A stretch of DNA of 64,000 bases. Source: Octopus vulgaris. Taxonomy: Eukaryota. The notes beneath the pieces are model-generated. The model was not told where the DNA came from, made no database searches, and was given only the letters and a program-made list of their open reading frames with translations. Location: NCBI GenBank assembly GCA_951406725.2, contig OX597817.1:174158001-174222000 (forward strand), read 5' to 3'. Shown one piece after another: positions 47,953 to 60,505 of the stretch. Every line of letters begins with the position of its first letter. Position 1 is the stretch's first letter. The translations under genes and the position numbers were made by a program.

Positions 47953-48203
47953 TTGTTCCTTCTTGAGCCATGCCTGGCTCATAAAATTTCCTTGGCGTTG
48001 CAGGTGAGCTGCTAGCTGCAGGAGAAAAGAGTGAGAGAAAGTTGTGGCGAAAGAGTCAGCAGAAGTTCGCCATTACCTTCTGCTGGAGCCGCTTGGAGCT
48101 TAGGTGTTTTCGCTCATAAACACACACATCACCCGGTCTGAAATTCAAACCCACAATTCCTCAACCGCAAGTCCGCTGCTCTATCCACTAGGCCATGTGC
48201 CTC
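47953..48203 (-). mobile_element. tRNA-derived SINE nested in a family 'B' SINE (about 47890-48510)
   Basis: Head GGAGGCACATGGCCTAGTGG on minus; duplicated target CCACTG(TG)TGGTATCTTGG on both sides. Confidence 0.75.
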
Positions 48204-48523
48204 CACTGTGGTATCTTGGGAAAGTGTCTTCTACTATAGCCTTGTGCAGACTGAAGCCTTGTGAGTGGATTTAATAGATGGAAACATATGTATATATGTG
48301 TGTGTGTCTGTGTTTGTCCCTCCATCACCACTTGGCAACCAATATTGGTGTTTATTTCCCTGTAACTTAGTAGTTTGGCAAAATAGATTGATAGAATAAG
48401 CACCAGGTTTAAAAAGATAAGTACTTGGGTTGATTCATTTGACTGAAAATTCAAAGCATTGCCCCAGCATGGCTACAGTCTAATGACTGAAATAGGAAAA
48501 AGATAAAAGATAGCCAAAAAATA

Positions 48524-48855
48524 CAGTGGATCTTCGGTTTACAAGTTTGATTTGTTCCTGAAAGCCATTCGTCACCCAAAATGACCGTAAACTGAAAGTA
48601 TTTTCTCCATAGGAAATTTAAGAGAAGACATGGTGAATTCAAGCTGGGATGTGTACTGAGTGAAAGCTAGACAACAACTGATGCTCCTCTGCCGATACTC
48701 CCAGCTTGTCACCAGCCATTGTTGCCAATCACTGTTGCTGGCTTTCATGTTTATTACTTGAGACACCATCGAGCACCTGAGATGTTTTATGCTTGAAAAA
48801 TTGTTTGCAAATTAATTTGTTCATGATGAGGTGTTTATAAGCCATGGTTCCACTG
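48524..48855. mobile_element. Tigger/pogo-type MITE
   Basis: TA|CAGTGGA...TCCACTG|TA termini with imperfect TIRs. Confidence 0.7.
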
Positions 48856-49029
48856 TATATTAAAAAAAGTGTACCAAGTGGCTGTGTGGTAAAGAAGTTT
48901 GCTTCCCAACCATATAGTTCTGGGTTCAGTTCCACTGCGTGGCACCTTGGGCAAGTGTCTTCTACATTAGTCTTGGGCTGATCAAAGCCTTGCGAGTGGA
49001 TTTGGTATTTGGAAACTGAAAGAAAACTG

Positions 49030-49088
<59 letters not shown>

Positions 49089-49225
49089 GGGAGTATAACT
49101 CCAAACTTACAGGGAAAAATTCAATTTAGTATTAAATCAAATTTCACAATATAAATATATAATATATAAATTGTGTATCATTGTTTGAATTGCATAATAG
49201 TGGTTTTTTCTCTAATTTATATATT

Positions 49226-49283
<58 letters not shown>

Positions 49284-49284
<1 letters not shown>

Positions 49285-50324
49285 TAGCTGAATAGTCTGT
49301 CATTGCCAGGCAATTTTTATAATAGAATGCCTTGTATAAATTTTCATTTATTCCATGTCAGAGAATACCTTCCCCAACAACCTGTTAATCAGGACAGATT
49401 TGTGAAATTTTTCACTAAAAAACTTTGTTGAGGATTTTAATACTTTTCAAATTATGTACATATCTGTTCAACTTTTTGACATGACTTTATTCATTAAAAC
49501 TTCAGAATTTCTTACGACTTTGGTCGTTGCTTCCATTTGTTTAATAAAAATTCCTCCTCCTAATGATTTTGCTTTCATTTCATGATAGACAGCTATCATG
49601 CAGAAAGTGCCAGCTTCCAAATCCTGTGTTCTGATTAGGTAAAATTGATTAAACTTTAAACCTTAGTAACATTTCTCTGCAACTTTTCTGGAACAGATAA
49701 ATGACAAAATTGGATTATTCATCAAAAACTATTACAATATACCAAATTTGGAAATTTTGATATAATTTTAAAATTTCACAATATGTGACAGCAACAGGGA
49801 AACCCCTACAAAAGTAGAGAGACAAACAGTTATAGGACGACACACACATTTACAAATGTACAAGTTTAAAATGGTGCATAGTAGACATGTATGTGTGTCT
49901 GTGAGCGTTTCTTTGTGATGGACAGTAGAAAAGCCACCTACCCCCTCTCTCCTTAAAGCTACATATTCATCACATCCCCCTTTCTGTGTGTGTGCCTGTG
50001 TGTATTCATGAAAGCATCTATGCAGCATCGCATATATATGACAGCTGTAGTAACATTATCATCCAATTGTCACTGCTGTTCTCACCTTCACTGATATAAG
50101 TCACCTTCTCTCTATTATTACTTTCCCTTCAGACTAATACCTTTTGCAACCTTCTCATTTTATCATATAATTCGCCCAACGCCCCTAGGGGGATACATTA
50201 TAAATTTTTATTGAAATCTAATTAGCCTATTATTGAACTGGATGTTAGTGTAACATGTATGCAAAGTTTCATAAATATTGGTTCATTGGTAACAAAAAGA
50301 CAGAAATTCCCATTTATATATATA
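49284..50324 (-). mobile_element. Non-autonomous Helitron-like element
   Basis: Minus strand begins TATATATAAATGGGAATTTCTGTC and ends CTAG|T with a degenerate subterminal hairpin; splits a SINE 'B' (head 48878-49030, tail 50325-50540); internal 49925-50085 recurs at 47012-47168. Confidence 0.55.
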
Positions 50325-51619
50325 TGTGTTTGTGTGTATGTATGTGTGTGAGGTTTTGTGTCTGTGTTTGTGCCCCTACAATCGTTTGACAACCGTTGTT
50401 GGTGTGTTTACGTCCCTGTAAACTTAATGGTTCGGCAAAAGTGACCAATTGAATAAGTACTAGGCTTACAAAGAATAAGTCCTCAGGTCACTTTCTTCGA
50501 CTAAAAAAAACATTTGAGGTGGTGCTTCAGCATGGCCGAAACAATTGAAAAAATAAAAGAGTGGAAAATTCTAACTTGGATTATATGACCTATTCTTGTG
50601 AAGTAACTTCCATCAAAATCGAGAAGATGGAGTCAAAGATAACAACGCAAATGTCAAGATTTATACAGGTGCAAGGAACTCACAAAGGAATAATTAGAAA
50701 TGACAATTTTCATAGGGTTAACATGCAGTTTACAGTTGTAAGAAAGTGAAAGTAAATTGTCCTTAAAATTGAAAGTAAGTTGCAACGGAAGCCAAAAGTG
50801 ACTTCAGTGACCTACCAAAATTTCCTACAACATATTTGATAGCCAATGGCTTCCTACGTGGGTCTCAGCAACTTCTATACTTATGAAGTTGTCAACTGTT
50901 CACTCAGACTATAGAAGGGCGATGAAATTCTTGCAAAGAAGAAACTTAGGCGACATTGTGGGACTAGTGATGATATATTTATACCATATATTCAAGGGTA
51001 TATGTGGCGAAACACATTTAGAGATCATGAAAAACTATTCTCGAATTTCATTTCGTACATCAAAGACTAAAGTTTTCTCGTAAACGTGATTGGTTACATC
51101 TCATAAAATATGTTCATTCCATACATTAGTTATGTCACAAACTTTGTTTACATGAAATTATGGTATGTCACTATCATCACTTCTGGTTTCTATCGCAATT
51201 TACTTTCTTTTTGGACGATTTATTTCCACTTTCACAATGATAATCTGGATGTTAACATTTTTATAGGAAGATCTAAAGAAAACGAATATAGCGTATTGTT
51301 TCAAGTCAATACTCAAGTGTTCTCCAAGGGAATATCAGAACGGATGCATGTTTCATGATGAAACCTTGAAAACGTGATATATCAGAGGAAACTGACAAAG
51401 ACAAAACGAGAAAAGTATTTTTAATATTTATTTTTGCTAATCACCTGTTTTTCGTCATGTTTAATTATTTCCGTATCTGGTCGAATTTAATTTTACCTCG
51501 TTTGCTGTGTTCGCTGTTTCTTATGAAAACAATGTTTAAGAGAAAGATGAGACGGAAAGGAGTGAGAGAAGAGAAAGAGAGGAAGGAGAGAGAACGAGAG
51601 AGCCAAATGAAATAATGTC

Positions 51620-51671
<52 letters not shown>

Positions 51672-53281
51672 AAGATAATGTCTACTAGAAATAAGACATA
51701 TTTAGGAAATAAAAGATCCGGTGAAAGAAAAATGCAAAAACCGAAAAGAAAGTTCAATTGAAATGAGGCAGACGAGAAAATCTACATAGATAAGAGTATG
51801 CTTGGTCAAACTAAACATTGATTTTTATATTTACCTAAGCTCGGTTTAATCAGTTTTTCTCTGGATATAGTCACACTTTAGTTGTGTGTTATTTTAAGGT
51901 GTAAAAAAAAAGGAAAAGTATAAATGCGAAATAAGTAAATGTGAAAAGCTGGGACAACAACAGATTGGGAAAGAAAAGAAGGTAATAGGAGGAAATAATT
52001 AAGTTTCAAAACACACTGAGTGAGTTTAAGCGATAGAAAATAAAGTATACCTAAATGAAAACAGCACTGATAAATTAAATTTGAAGACTTGTTTCTATTG
52101 ATTGAACCTTATCCCCAACATGGCTTTCCAGTCACGAGGTTCCAGTTTCAATTCCATTGCGTAGTACCTTGGGCAAGTGTCTCGAAAGATATTTGTATGA
52201 AATAAAAATTAATAAGTTTGTTTCTCAACTACATGGCTTCGGGTTCAGTTACACTGCATGGTAGCTTGGGCAATTGTCTTCTACGATAGCTTCGGGACAA
52301 ACAAGGCCTCATTGAAAAAAACCCATTTCCCTAAAAGTTATGAAGGAAAAAACTCGGATCTTGTGAATTTTCCGAAGTCCTTTCCCCACCCTCACCCGTT
52401 GCTTTGCGCGCAATTTTTTTCATATTTGTTTCTTACACATTGTTTTACACCCATTCCAGTACCTTTGGGGGATTTTCATTGTGTAAACATTAACCAATAC
52501 TTTTATTTTAAAATGTCCACTGATAAATTAATCTTACCAACGTAGATACATTCATAGTTATATAGTCTTGAAATATTGTCATCACAATTTTATAAAGTTA
52601 TTTTTGTGATAACATCTGTATTTCTTTCATACAAAACATATCATTGATATGCTTACTGTTCTTTTTTTATGAAAAACACAATTATTTTGTGAGAATAATT
52701 GACATAGTTTCTATCCTGTATGAATGAATTTGTGTCGTGATAACATGTAGTCAGAAAAGTTCTGTCAACTCAATTTCACACCAGGTTTGGGTCAACCTAA
52801 GGAGTAAATAAAGAACAATTGTCCAAGATGCAACAGTGACGGAACGGTGTATAGCAGGGGCACCGTGTTCTCCCTCTTTTCAGCTAAGGAAGGTGGGGTC
52901 TCAAAGCTATCTAATTCTCTCTCTCCATACAATCCCCAGCCTCATGACCTTAGCGTATTCCTTTATAGTTATTAAAAATCCATTTCCATCAATGACTATG
53001 GTATCTAACACAGGATGTCATGATTGTAACCATATGATCATGTACGTACATGTGTGCAGGCATTGTTTCGTTCTCGATGGGCTGATAGACAACTCAATGA
53101 AGGCATTGTTATTGTTTTACGTGTTTATCATTTTTTTGTTACACGAACTGTCAACATTCAGCGTAGTAATACATATATACTTTAGACACAGTTCGTAATG
53201 TTTACTAGCAAAAAAGTGCCAAAAGTGGGGATGTATTCTACACATGTATACCCACGTATACACATAGATATGAATGTGTAA

Positions 53282-53424
53282 TAGTGACGTAGCTAATAGT
53301 GGAGTAACCGCTCCTCACGAGCACATTTTTCAAAACTGGCGCATTTTATAAAATGTATAATCAATGAATTAAAAATTGCTTTGTATGCGCGCGCTCCCTA
53401 CTTTACAACTTGGCTACGTCCCTG
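53282..53424. mobile_element. Small hAT-like MITE
   Basis: Imperfect 15-bp TIR TAGTGACGTAGCTAA / TTGGCTACGTCCCTG. Confidence 0.5.
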
Positions 53425-53603
53425 CAATGGGTGTGTGTGTGTATGTATATATACATAGACATGCAGGAAGTAAATAGACACTTTTAATTTTCAAAATTTC
53501 TGATCTAAGCGTCTTAATATGCTTTCAGCGGTGTAGAATTTACAATGTAATTATTCTTTTTCAGTCCAGGTGCCATTATATTAAACATTTGTGAAGAGTA
53601 ACC

Positions 53604-53969
53604 ATGTCACGCACAAAAAAATCAGCAGAACTGTCTGATTTTCAAAGAGGTCGTACTGTTGGGCAATCTGAGGCTGGTCTTAGCCAGCGAAAAATTGCCG
53701 AAAATCTTCAAATTCCTCTTGCTACTGTTAATAGAATTATAGCGCAATTCAAAAGCCAAGGAAAAGAATCAACAGATTCTCGTCCCGGCCGACCTGGGCC
53801 CTCGGAAAGGAAGCTTCGCTGTTTGAAGAGAATTGTGGAAAACGAATCCCGTTCGAAGGCTTCTGATATTACAAAACAGCTAGAAGTTAGTCCAAGAACG
53901 TGTGTTACATATCTGCATGAGCTTGGGTATTATGGACGAGCCGCTAGAAGAAAACCTCTCCTTCAACCT
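53604..53969 (+). pseudogene. Tc1/mariner transposase N-terminal DNA-binding fragment, truncated before the DDE domain
   Basis: ELSDFQRGRTVG..GLSQRKIAENL..RPGRP..YLHELGYYGRAARRKPLL; homology ends where TGTAGCA begins at 53970. Confidence 0.88.
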
Positions 53970-54376
53970 GTAGCAATATTATTTTCTTCATTGCTATCTT
54001 CACCGTTTGAGAAAAATATTAAGAATGATCTCGTTTGAGATTACAAACATTTTGGCTAGCTTAACGTTGTTGTGTCCACTACTTTGATTGGTTGGCATCT
54101 AAGCGCGGTCTGTCTCTCTACTTATTTCGCGCCACTGGCCAAAGCCAACCAATCACGGCCTTTGGTTAAGATTCCATTTCTGAGGCTCGTTTGAGCCACC
54201 CAACCGGTATATAAAGGAGTGTTTTCAGACACTTTTGGTCTTTGGTTCCAGTTCTTCTAAGAACTAACTTTAGACCACAGCGCTACTCAACCAAGCGATA
54301 TACGATTGTTCCTGCTACTACTAGCTACGATGCACGTGGTTCTACTTTTAACGAATTATTACAAGCCATAAATACA
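53970..54376 (+). mobile_element. Solo-LTR-like unit (possibly truncated)
   Basis: Starts TGTAGCA; CCAAT boxes; TATATAAA at 54208-54215; homologous to the inverted unit downstream. Confidence 0.55.
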
Positions 54377-54982
54377 TGCAGCAACAATAGAACATAAGTG
54401 AATTGACGACAAGTCTTGCTGTTGAGATATAAATATTGTTTATTTTACAATCGTGTCAACGTTAGGAGTTTGTAAGCGTTCGCATGTCTTGTGTTCGTGT
54501 GTGTGGCAGGACAATCAGGGTGAATGCGGCTGGCATAGAAGGTACATGATGGTGGCGACGGGGAAGATAGTCGGCTTTCTATGATTGTGTACATTAGCGT
54601 AGCCGGTAGCAGCCGGAACAATCGTATATCGCTTGGTTGAGTAACGCTGTGGCCTAAAGTTAGTTCTTAGAAGAACTGGAACTAAAAGACGAAAAGTGTC
54701 TGAAAGCACTCCTTTATATACCGGTTGGTTGGCTCAAACGAGCCTCAAAAACGGAATCTTAACCAAAGGCCGTGATTGGTTATTTCGGGACAGTGGCTCG
54801 AAATAAGTAGAGACAAATCGCGTCACGTGTCAACCAATCAGGTTAGTGTTTACAACAGGAACTAGTTGGCCAAAGATGGCTGTAACCTCAAACGAGATCA
54901 TTTCTTGCCTTGCCTTTCAACAGTGACGATATTAGAAATCGCTATAGTCATATTTCCAAATGGCTGAAAATGCCATGCTACA
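54377..54982 (-). mobile_element. Solo-LTR-like unit
   Basis: Minus strand TGTAGCA...TGCTGCA, CCAAT, TATATAAA (54713-54720), AATAAA near 54440; no TSD seen. Confidence 0.6.
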
Positions 54983-55575
54983 ATGGCTTTCCGAAGAACA
55001 ATTTTGTTTCGATGCGAAAGACTTACAAGTTTCGGTGTTAATTTAAGAAGCAAAGTAAACTTGACAAAGTTTCATACATAATTTTATGTTATTAAGATAG
55101 CTTTTTACTTTTTCATTTGATATGAACACATCCTGACTAAATATGTTTTTAGTGCGTAGATTGTTACATAACATAATTCTAGTGGTTAGAATTATGAATT
55201 TCCTTTTCAAAGTAAATCTTTAACGCTAAATACAAAACGAAACAAACTTTTACATAATGTCGAAAGTGAAATAAATTTAGTTATTAGTCTTGTTCTATGT
55301 ATTTTCGTTGTTATCTACTCGTTAACAATAGCCATCTGTCGCTCTTAAGATGCACTAACAAAGCAACTGATTATCGTCTTTCTATCTTGATAATCAATAA
55401 ACCTCCACCTTTTAATCAATGACTTGGCAATCCGGTTGGTGGCAACAGCTTGTCCAAATATGACTGAATGTGGTGTGTGCAGGCCAATTCGTCTCTCATC
55501 TGAAAGATACGTGTAAAAGATTACTATTTTCAGACTGACTTCTTTCTTGTTTCCTGGAGCTTTTACACCTCTGTA

Positions 55576-55677
55576 ATGTCGTCTTTCAAATTTTTACAAC
55601 TTTTGTTTTATTCCTGTTGTTTCATTATATTGGCCAACACAACTGTGATTGAAGTTAACTCGTATAATTTCAACCAG
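55576..55677 (+). CDS. Thioredoxin/PDI-like protein, coding exon 1 (signal peptide + VIEVNSYNFNQ)
   Basis: MSSFKFLQLLFYSCCFIILANTTVIEVNSYNFNQ, CAG|GTAAAC donor, phase 0. Confidence 0.85.
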
Positions 55678-56775
55678 GTAAACTATTTTATTTTTTCCTT
55701 TTTCTGTCGGTGTCTTAATTACGCAACGACTTGCTTAATCACAAAGGATTTTTAAGACGAGTTTCTTTAATTTAAGCCAGTCTTTTCAAACGACATGTTT
55801 TTTGACTCCAATTAGTAAGTCCTAAATTAGTTTAGTTTTATTTTTAGCAACTTTCAGAAAAAGGACATTCTAACTTTATTTGCTATGCTGTTTCCTTCCC
55901 TTTTTCGTTTTCACTTTCGTCACCCTGGATTTAATTTTTGTCAAACCATGAAAAACGTGTTGCTACTTAGTTGCGCATGCAAAGAAGTTAATTGGATTCT
56001 AAACGACGCTATTTAACGAATGGAAATTACCAAAATCTTTAATATCTTGATATTTTCCTTTCGAATTGAAAGTTTCTATAAAGCCAGTTTGATTTTCTTA
56101 ATAGACAAATGATTTTGATGAAAACTTTAGTCTTTTTTTTTATTTTTCTTTCGTGGCACAGCCAATGAGGTGTGGGGGAAGGCCTCCATGCCGTTACGCG
56201 ACTTACTAGAAATAAAAGCCAATCTTCCATCTAACCACACTGTGAACTGAAAGGGTACACCGAATAATGTGATTGTGAATTTGAAGAAGGGAGACGTGGC
56301 AGAATTTCGAAATAGTTATCCCACGAAGAAGTGGATAAAAAACCCAACCCAATTCCTTGTCCGTTTCCTCCCCCCATGTAGAAATTCCACCGAAGGCATG
56401 ATAGTCACAGTTTGTCAGCATTGGAAGTATAAAAAATGGGTAAATTTTGCTAAGTATACCTGCACGTGGGCATAATGGTATAGACCAAATGATTTATTAC
56501 GAAAAGTCCGAGCGGTTGTTTATGCAAAACGTTTTGTTATGAAATAAAAATGGGCGTAACTTCGGTGTAAAAACCGGATACATTTCAAGAAAGTGTTTTT
56601 CGTCAATAATGTCATACAATCCCCAAATAATTTGAATGCGTTATTTTCATGGCTTCTGTTTCAGAACCGTTCTTGGAAATAGAGCCACTTCAGTTTTAAT
56701 GCATGGGTACAATGAACAGTTGTCCAGGGTCCTCACCGGTTTAGGGTCCAATCCTGATTTATGTATGCTGTGGTT

Positions 56776-57005
56776 TGGCGAGCTGGCAGAAACGTTAGCA
56801 CGCCAGGCGAAATGCTTAGCAGTATTTTGTCTGTCGTTACGTTCTGAGTTCAAATTCCGCCGAGGTCGACTTTGCCTTTCATCCTTTCGGGGTTGATAAA
56901 TTAAGTACCAGTTACGCACTGGGGTCAATGTAATCGACTTAATCCGTTTGTCTGTCCTTGTTTGTCCTCTCTGTGTTTAGCCCCTTGTGGGTAGTAAAGA
57001 AATAG
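56776..57005 (+). mobile_element. Young SINE family 'A' (intronic)
   Basis: Near-identical to 26523-26744. Confidence 0.9.
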
Positions 57006-57569
57006 GTTTACTGTCAGTAGAAAAATACTTCAGGGCTTCGTGCATTGATTTTTCCCGGGGGAGGAGGCGTCATGCTGCTAAGAACATCTGATGTTCTTCC
57101 ACTCATGGTGTGATGTTTATCTCTCACTTTGCTCTACGTGGCTTCTATTTATTTGTGTGGATCGGTGCTTCGTTGGAATTCACAAAGTGAATTCTGAATA
57201 AATACCACTTATAAATCTTTTATTTATGGAGTTGCTGAATAGCATGAAATATTCCGTTTCACTTTGTGATCCTTATACTGAAAGTTTTCCTTTATCATTT
57301 ATATGCAGGGTCCAGGTATCCTGTTCTTTATGGCCTGAAATAAACAATTTTTCAAGACAAGAAATAAGCTGTTCGATTCATTTTGGTTTTTGCTCAAGCA
57401 AATATATTCAACATTTAGAACAGTTTATAATATGAATTATTAAGCAGTTAGGGTTCAGGGCTGGATGTAATGGGAGAGGTTGGTCATGAATGGAAACACG
57501 TATGTGTTTGGCTTATTTTTAGCACATGAGTAAAAACCTAAATAAACTGGATTTTTCTTTTAATTTTTT

Positions 57570-58172
57570 ACTTGTTTGTCATTTGACTGCAGCCATGCTG
57601 GAGCACCGCCTTGAAGGGTTTTAGTGGAACGAATAAACCCTAGGACTTATTTCTTAAGCCTAGTACTTACTCTATCAGTCTCTTTTGCCAAACTGCTAAG
57701 TTACGAGGATGTAAACACACCAACACCGGTTGTCAAGCAGTGATGGGGTGGGGGTAACAAACAGACACAAAAACACAGATGTAGACATACACACATACAC
57801 ACACACACACACACACACAATAATAATGAAATTATTGTATACAGTGCTCAGGTGCACCACAACTTGTCAGAAAGTGTGTATAAAGTATATGCAGTAATGT
57901 ACAAATGACTGGAAAGTGAATAGTGTATGAGTCAGATACATGCTTGTGTGTGTATGGAGGGGAGAAAATCAGGTGTAGTGTCCGCGAATCTCAGGAAGCA
58001 TGGAAGTTTTGAAGGATGCAGTGCTCCGACATGATGGATTTCTTTCAGTTTCTGTCTACCAGATCCACCCACAAGGCTTTGATCTGCTTGAGGCTATTGT
58101 AGAAAGCATTTGCCCAAGGTGCCATGCAATGAGACTGAACCTGGAACCATGTGGTTGGTAAGCAAGCTTCTT
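57570..58172 (-). mobile_element. SINE family 'B' with a nested CR1 3' fragment (about 57820-58030)
   Basis: B tail and head flank the reverse complement of 4410-4590 plus additional 3' UTR. Confidence 0.8.
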
Positions 58173-58517
58173 TCCACACAGCCACGCCTGCGCCTTTTGT
58201 TTTGGAATATTTCTATTTCAGACTGTGAGGTATGGGTTCCCCCTTCCCAGGCTCCTTCTCCAGTTATTTTCTATAACTTCCTTCAGCCATTCCTCTCTAA
58301 TTACTAACTGAATAAAATACAATCGAAACATTCTAATTAACTTGCAAACAAAAAACAAAAAATAAATATGATCAAGTATAGATGCAGGTGTGGCTGTGTG
58401 GTAAGAAGCTTGCTTCCCAACCACAAGCTTCCAGGTTCAGTCCTACTACGTGGCACCTTGGCCTACTGTAGCCTCATGCAGACCAAAGCCTTGTGAGTGG
58501 ATTTGGTTGATGGAAAT

Positions 58518-58965
58518 GTTTACATGCTACCAAGGTGGCACTGGCATCGACCACACTCGAATGGTACTTTTTACATGCCACCAGCATGGGTGCCAGTCAC
58601 ATGGCACTGGCATTGGCCATGCTTGAATTTTGCTGTTTCTGTTCCACTGGCACGGGTGCCGGTCAGGTGGCACTGGCATTGACCATGCTCGAATGGTACA
58701 TTTAACGTTCCACCAGCATGGGAGCCAGTGTGACAGCATTTGCATCGACCACACTCGAATGGTACTTTTTACATGCCACCAGCATGGGTGCCTCTCAGGC
58801 GGCACTGGCACTGGCCATGCTCAAATTGTGCTTTTTCTGTGCCACTGGCTTGGGTGCCAGTCAGGTGGCACTGGCATCAACCATGACTATGTTTTCACTT
58901 GACTCAACATGTCTTCTCAAGCACAGCATATTGCCTGATGATTGAAGGGTACTTTTAAATGGGCC
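58518..58965 (-). repeat. 66-bp minisatellite from the RTE 3' UTR, inside a SINE head
   Basis: GG(T/A)GCC(A/G)GT-type motif at 58589, 58655, 58721, 58787 and 58853; same unit and downstream flank as 6420-6760. Confidence 0.8.
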
Positions 58966-59183
58966 ACATATATGTACACATACATACATTGGGCTTCTTT
59001 CAATTTCCGTCTACTAAATCTAGTCACAAGGCTTTGGTTGACTTGAAGCTATGGCAGAAGACATTCGAACAAGGTGCTACACAATAAAACTGAACTCAAA
59101 ATCACATGCTTAGGAAATGAACTTCTTAACCACAGCAATATCTGCATCTTAAATACATACAGACATATATACAAACATACATT

Positions 59184-59215
<32 letters not shown>

Positions 59216-59292
59216 GTAATCTATTATTCTATTATTTTTACTTGGTGCAGATGTTAATTGTGATTCTCTCTTCTCTCATATTTATCTTTCAG

Positions 59293-59338
59293 ACTGTTTC
59301 AAAGATGTATTTTTCCATACTGTTTGTAGCAACAAATG
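59293..59338 (+). CDS. Thioredoxin/PDI-like protein, coding exon 2 (TVSKMYFSILFVATN)
   Basis: ctttcAG acceptor, G|GTAAGT donor, phase 0 to 1. Confidence 0.85.
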
Positions 59339-60104
59339 GTAAGTTGAGAAAACCTCGTTAATTCATTTTCTTAATTAACCAATTATACACAAAATTGTTG
59401 AAATATTTATTGGTGCATGATGCAGCCTGCAGCTCACTGGATCCTGTTAAGCCATCCATCAGCATGGAAAATGGACATTAAATGATGATGTTGATGATGA
59501 TGATGATTGCCAATAAAAGATGGCTGAATGATTATGTTAAGTTGTTATTTAGCCCCATTTTACTCTTGATTAAACAGACATATGATCAAAGACGTTCCAG
59601 TCATGGCCACTTCAACTTTTCCAGACATTGACTACATTATCCTCTGTCCATTTTTAAAATTGTAGGGTATGGTATGAGAAAGTTTTGGCTGCTATTTCTA
59701 GTAGAAAAAGCAGCTACATACAGGCTTCTTTGGTGGTTTATGATTATTGAGGTATAGAAGTTATTGATGTAGGATGTTCTGAAGTCTTGGTGTTTTGATG
59801 GAGCAAGGGTCAATTTTCAAAAGAGAACATTTCACAAATTCAACAGTCAATCAATCAATTGATATTTTATCTTCATTGTTGTGTAGTCTGAAGTCAAACT
59901 CGATTATGAGAGTCTTATTATCAAAGATATTCCAGCTGTGACCAGTAAATTTCTTCTTCAGCCATAGTGTATCTAGGGCTACATTATCGAATGTGTCTTT
60001 TGCTTCTTAAAACAGTGTGGTGTGTGACTTGAAGGAGATATTGGTTCTTATTTCTATCAGGGCAGGCAAGCAGCTACATTGATTTTTCCTCAACTTGACT
60101 AATT

Positions 60105-60505
60105 ACTCTTTACTTTTTTACTTGTTTCAGTCATTTGACTGCGGCCATGCTGGAGCACCGCCTTTAGTTGAGCAAATCGACCCTGGGACTTATTCTTTGT
60201 AAGCCTAGTACTTATTCTATCGGTCTGTTTTGCTGAACCGCTAAGTTACGGGGGACATAAACACACCAGCATCGGTTGTCAAGCAATGCTAGGGGGACAA
60301 ACACAGACACACGAGCACACACACACATATATATATATATACATATATACGACGGGCTTCTTTCAGTTTCCGTCTACCAAATCCACTCACAAGGCTTTGG
60401 TCAGCCTGAGGCTATAGTAGAAGACACTTGCCCAAGATGTCACGCAGTGTGACTGAACCTGGACCATGTGGTTGGTAAGCAAGCTACTTACCACACAGCC
60501 ACTCC
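60105..60505 (-). mobile_element. Young SINE family 'B', full length (intronic)
   Basis: Near-consensus reverse complement of 24272-24716. Confidence 0.9.

Noticed and set aside
51495-51760. Minus-strand first exon ending at GAG|GTAAAA
   Set aside because: No linked downstream coding exon could be found; a donor-like motif alone is insufficient.
53970-54038. C-terminal part of the 144-aa Tc1 ORF
   Set aside because: Read-through into the LTR-like insertion; not transposase sequence.
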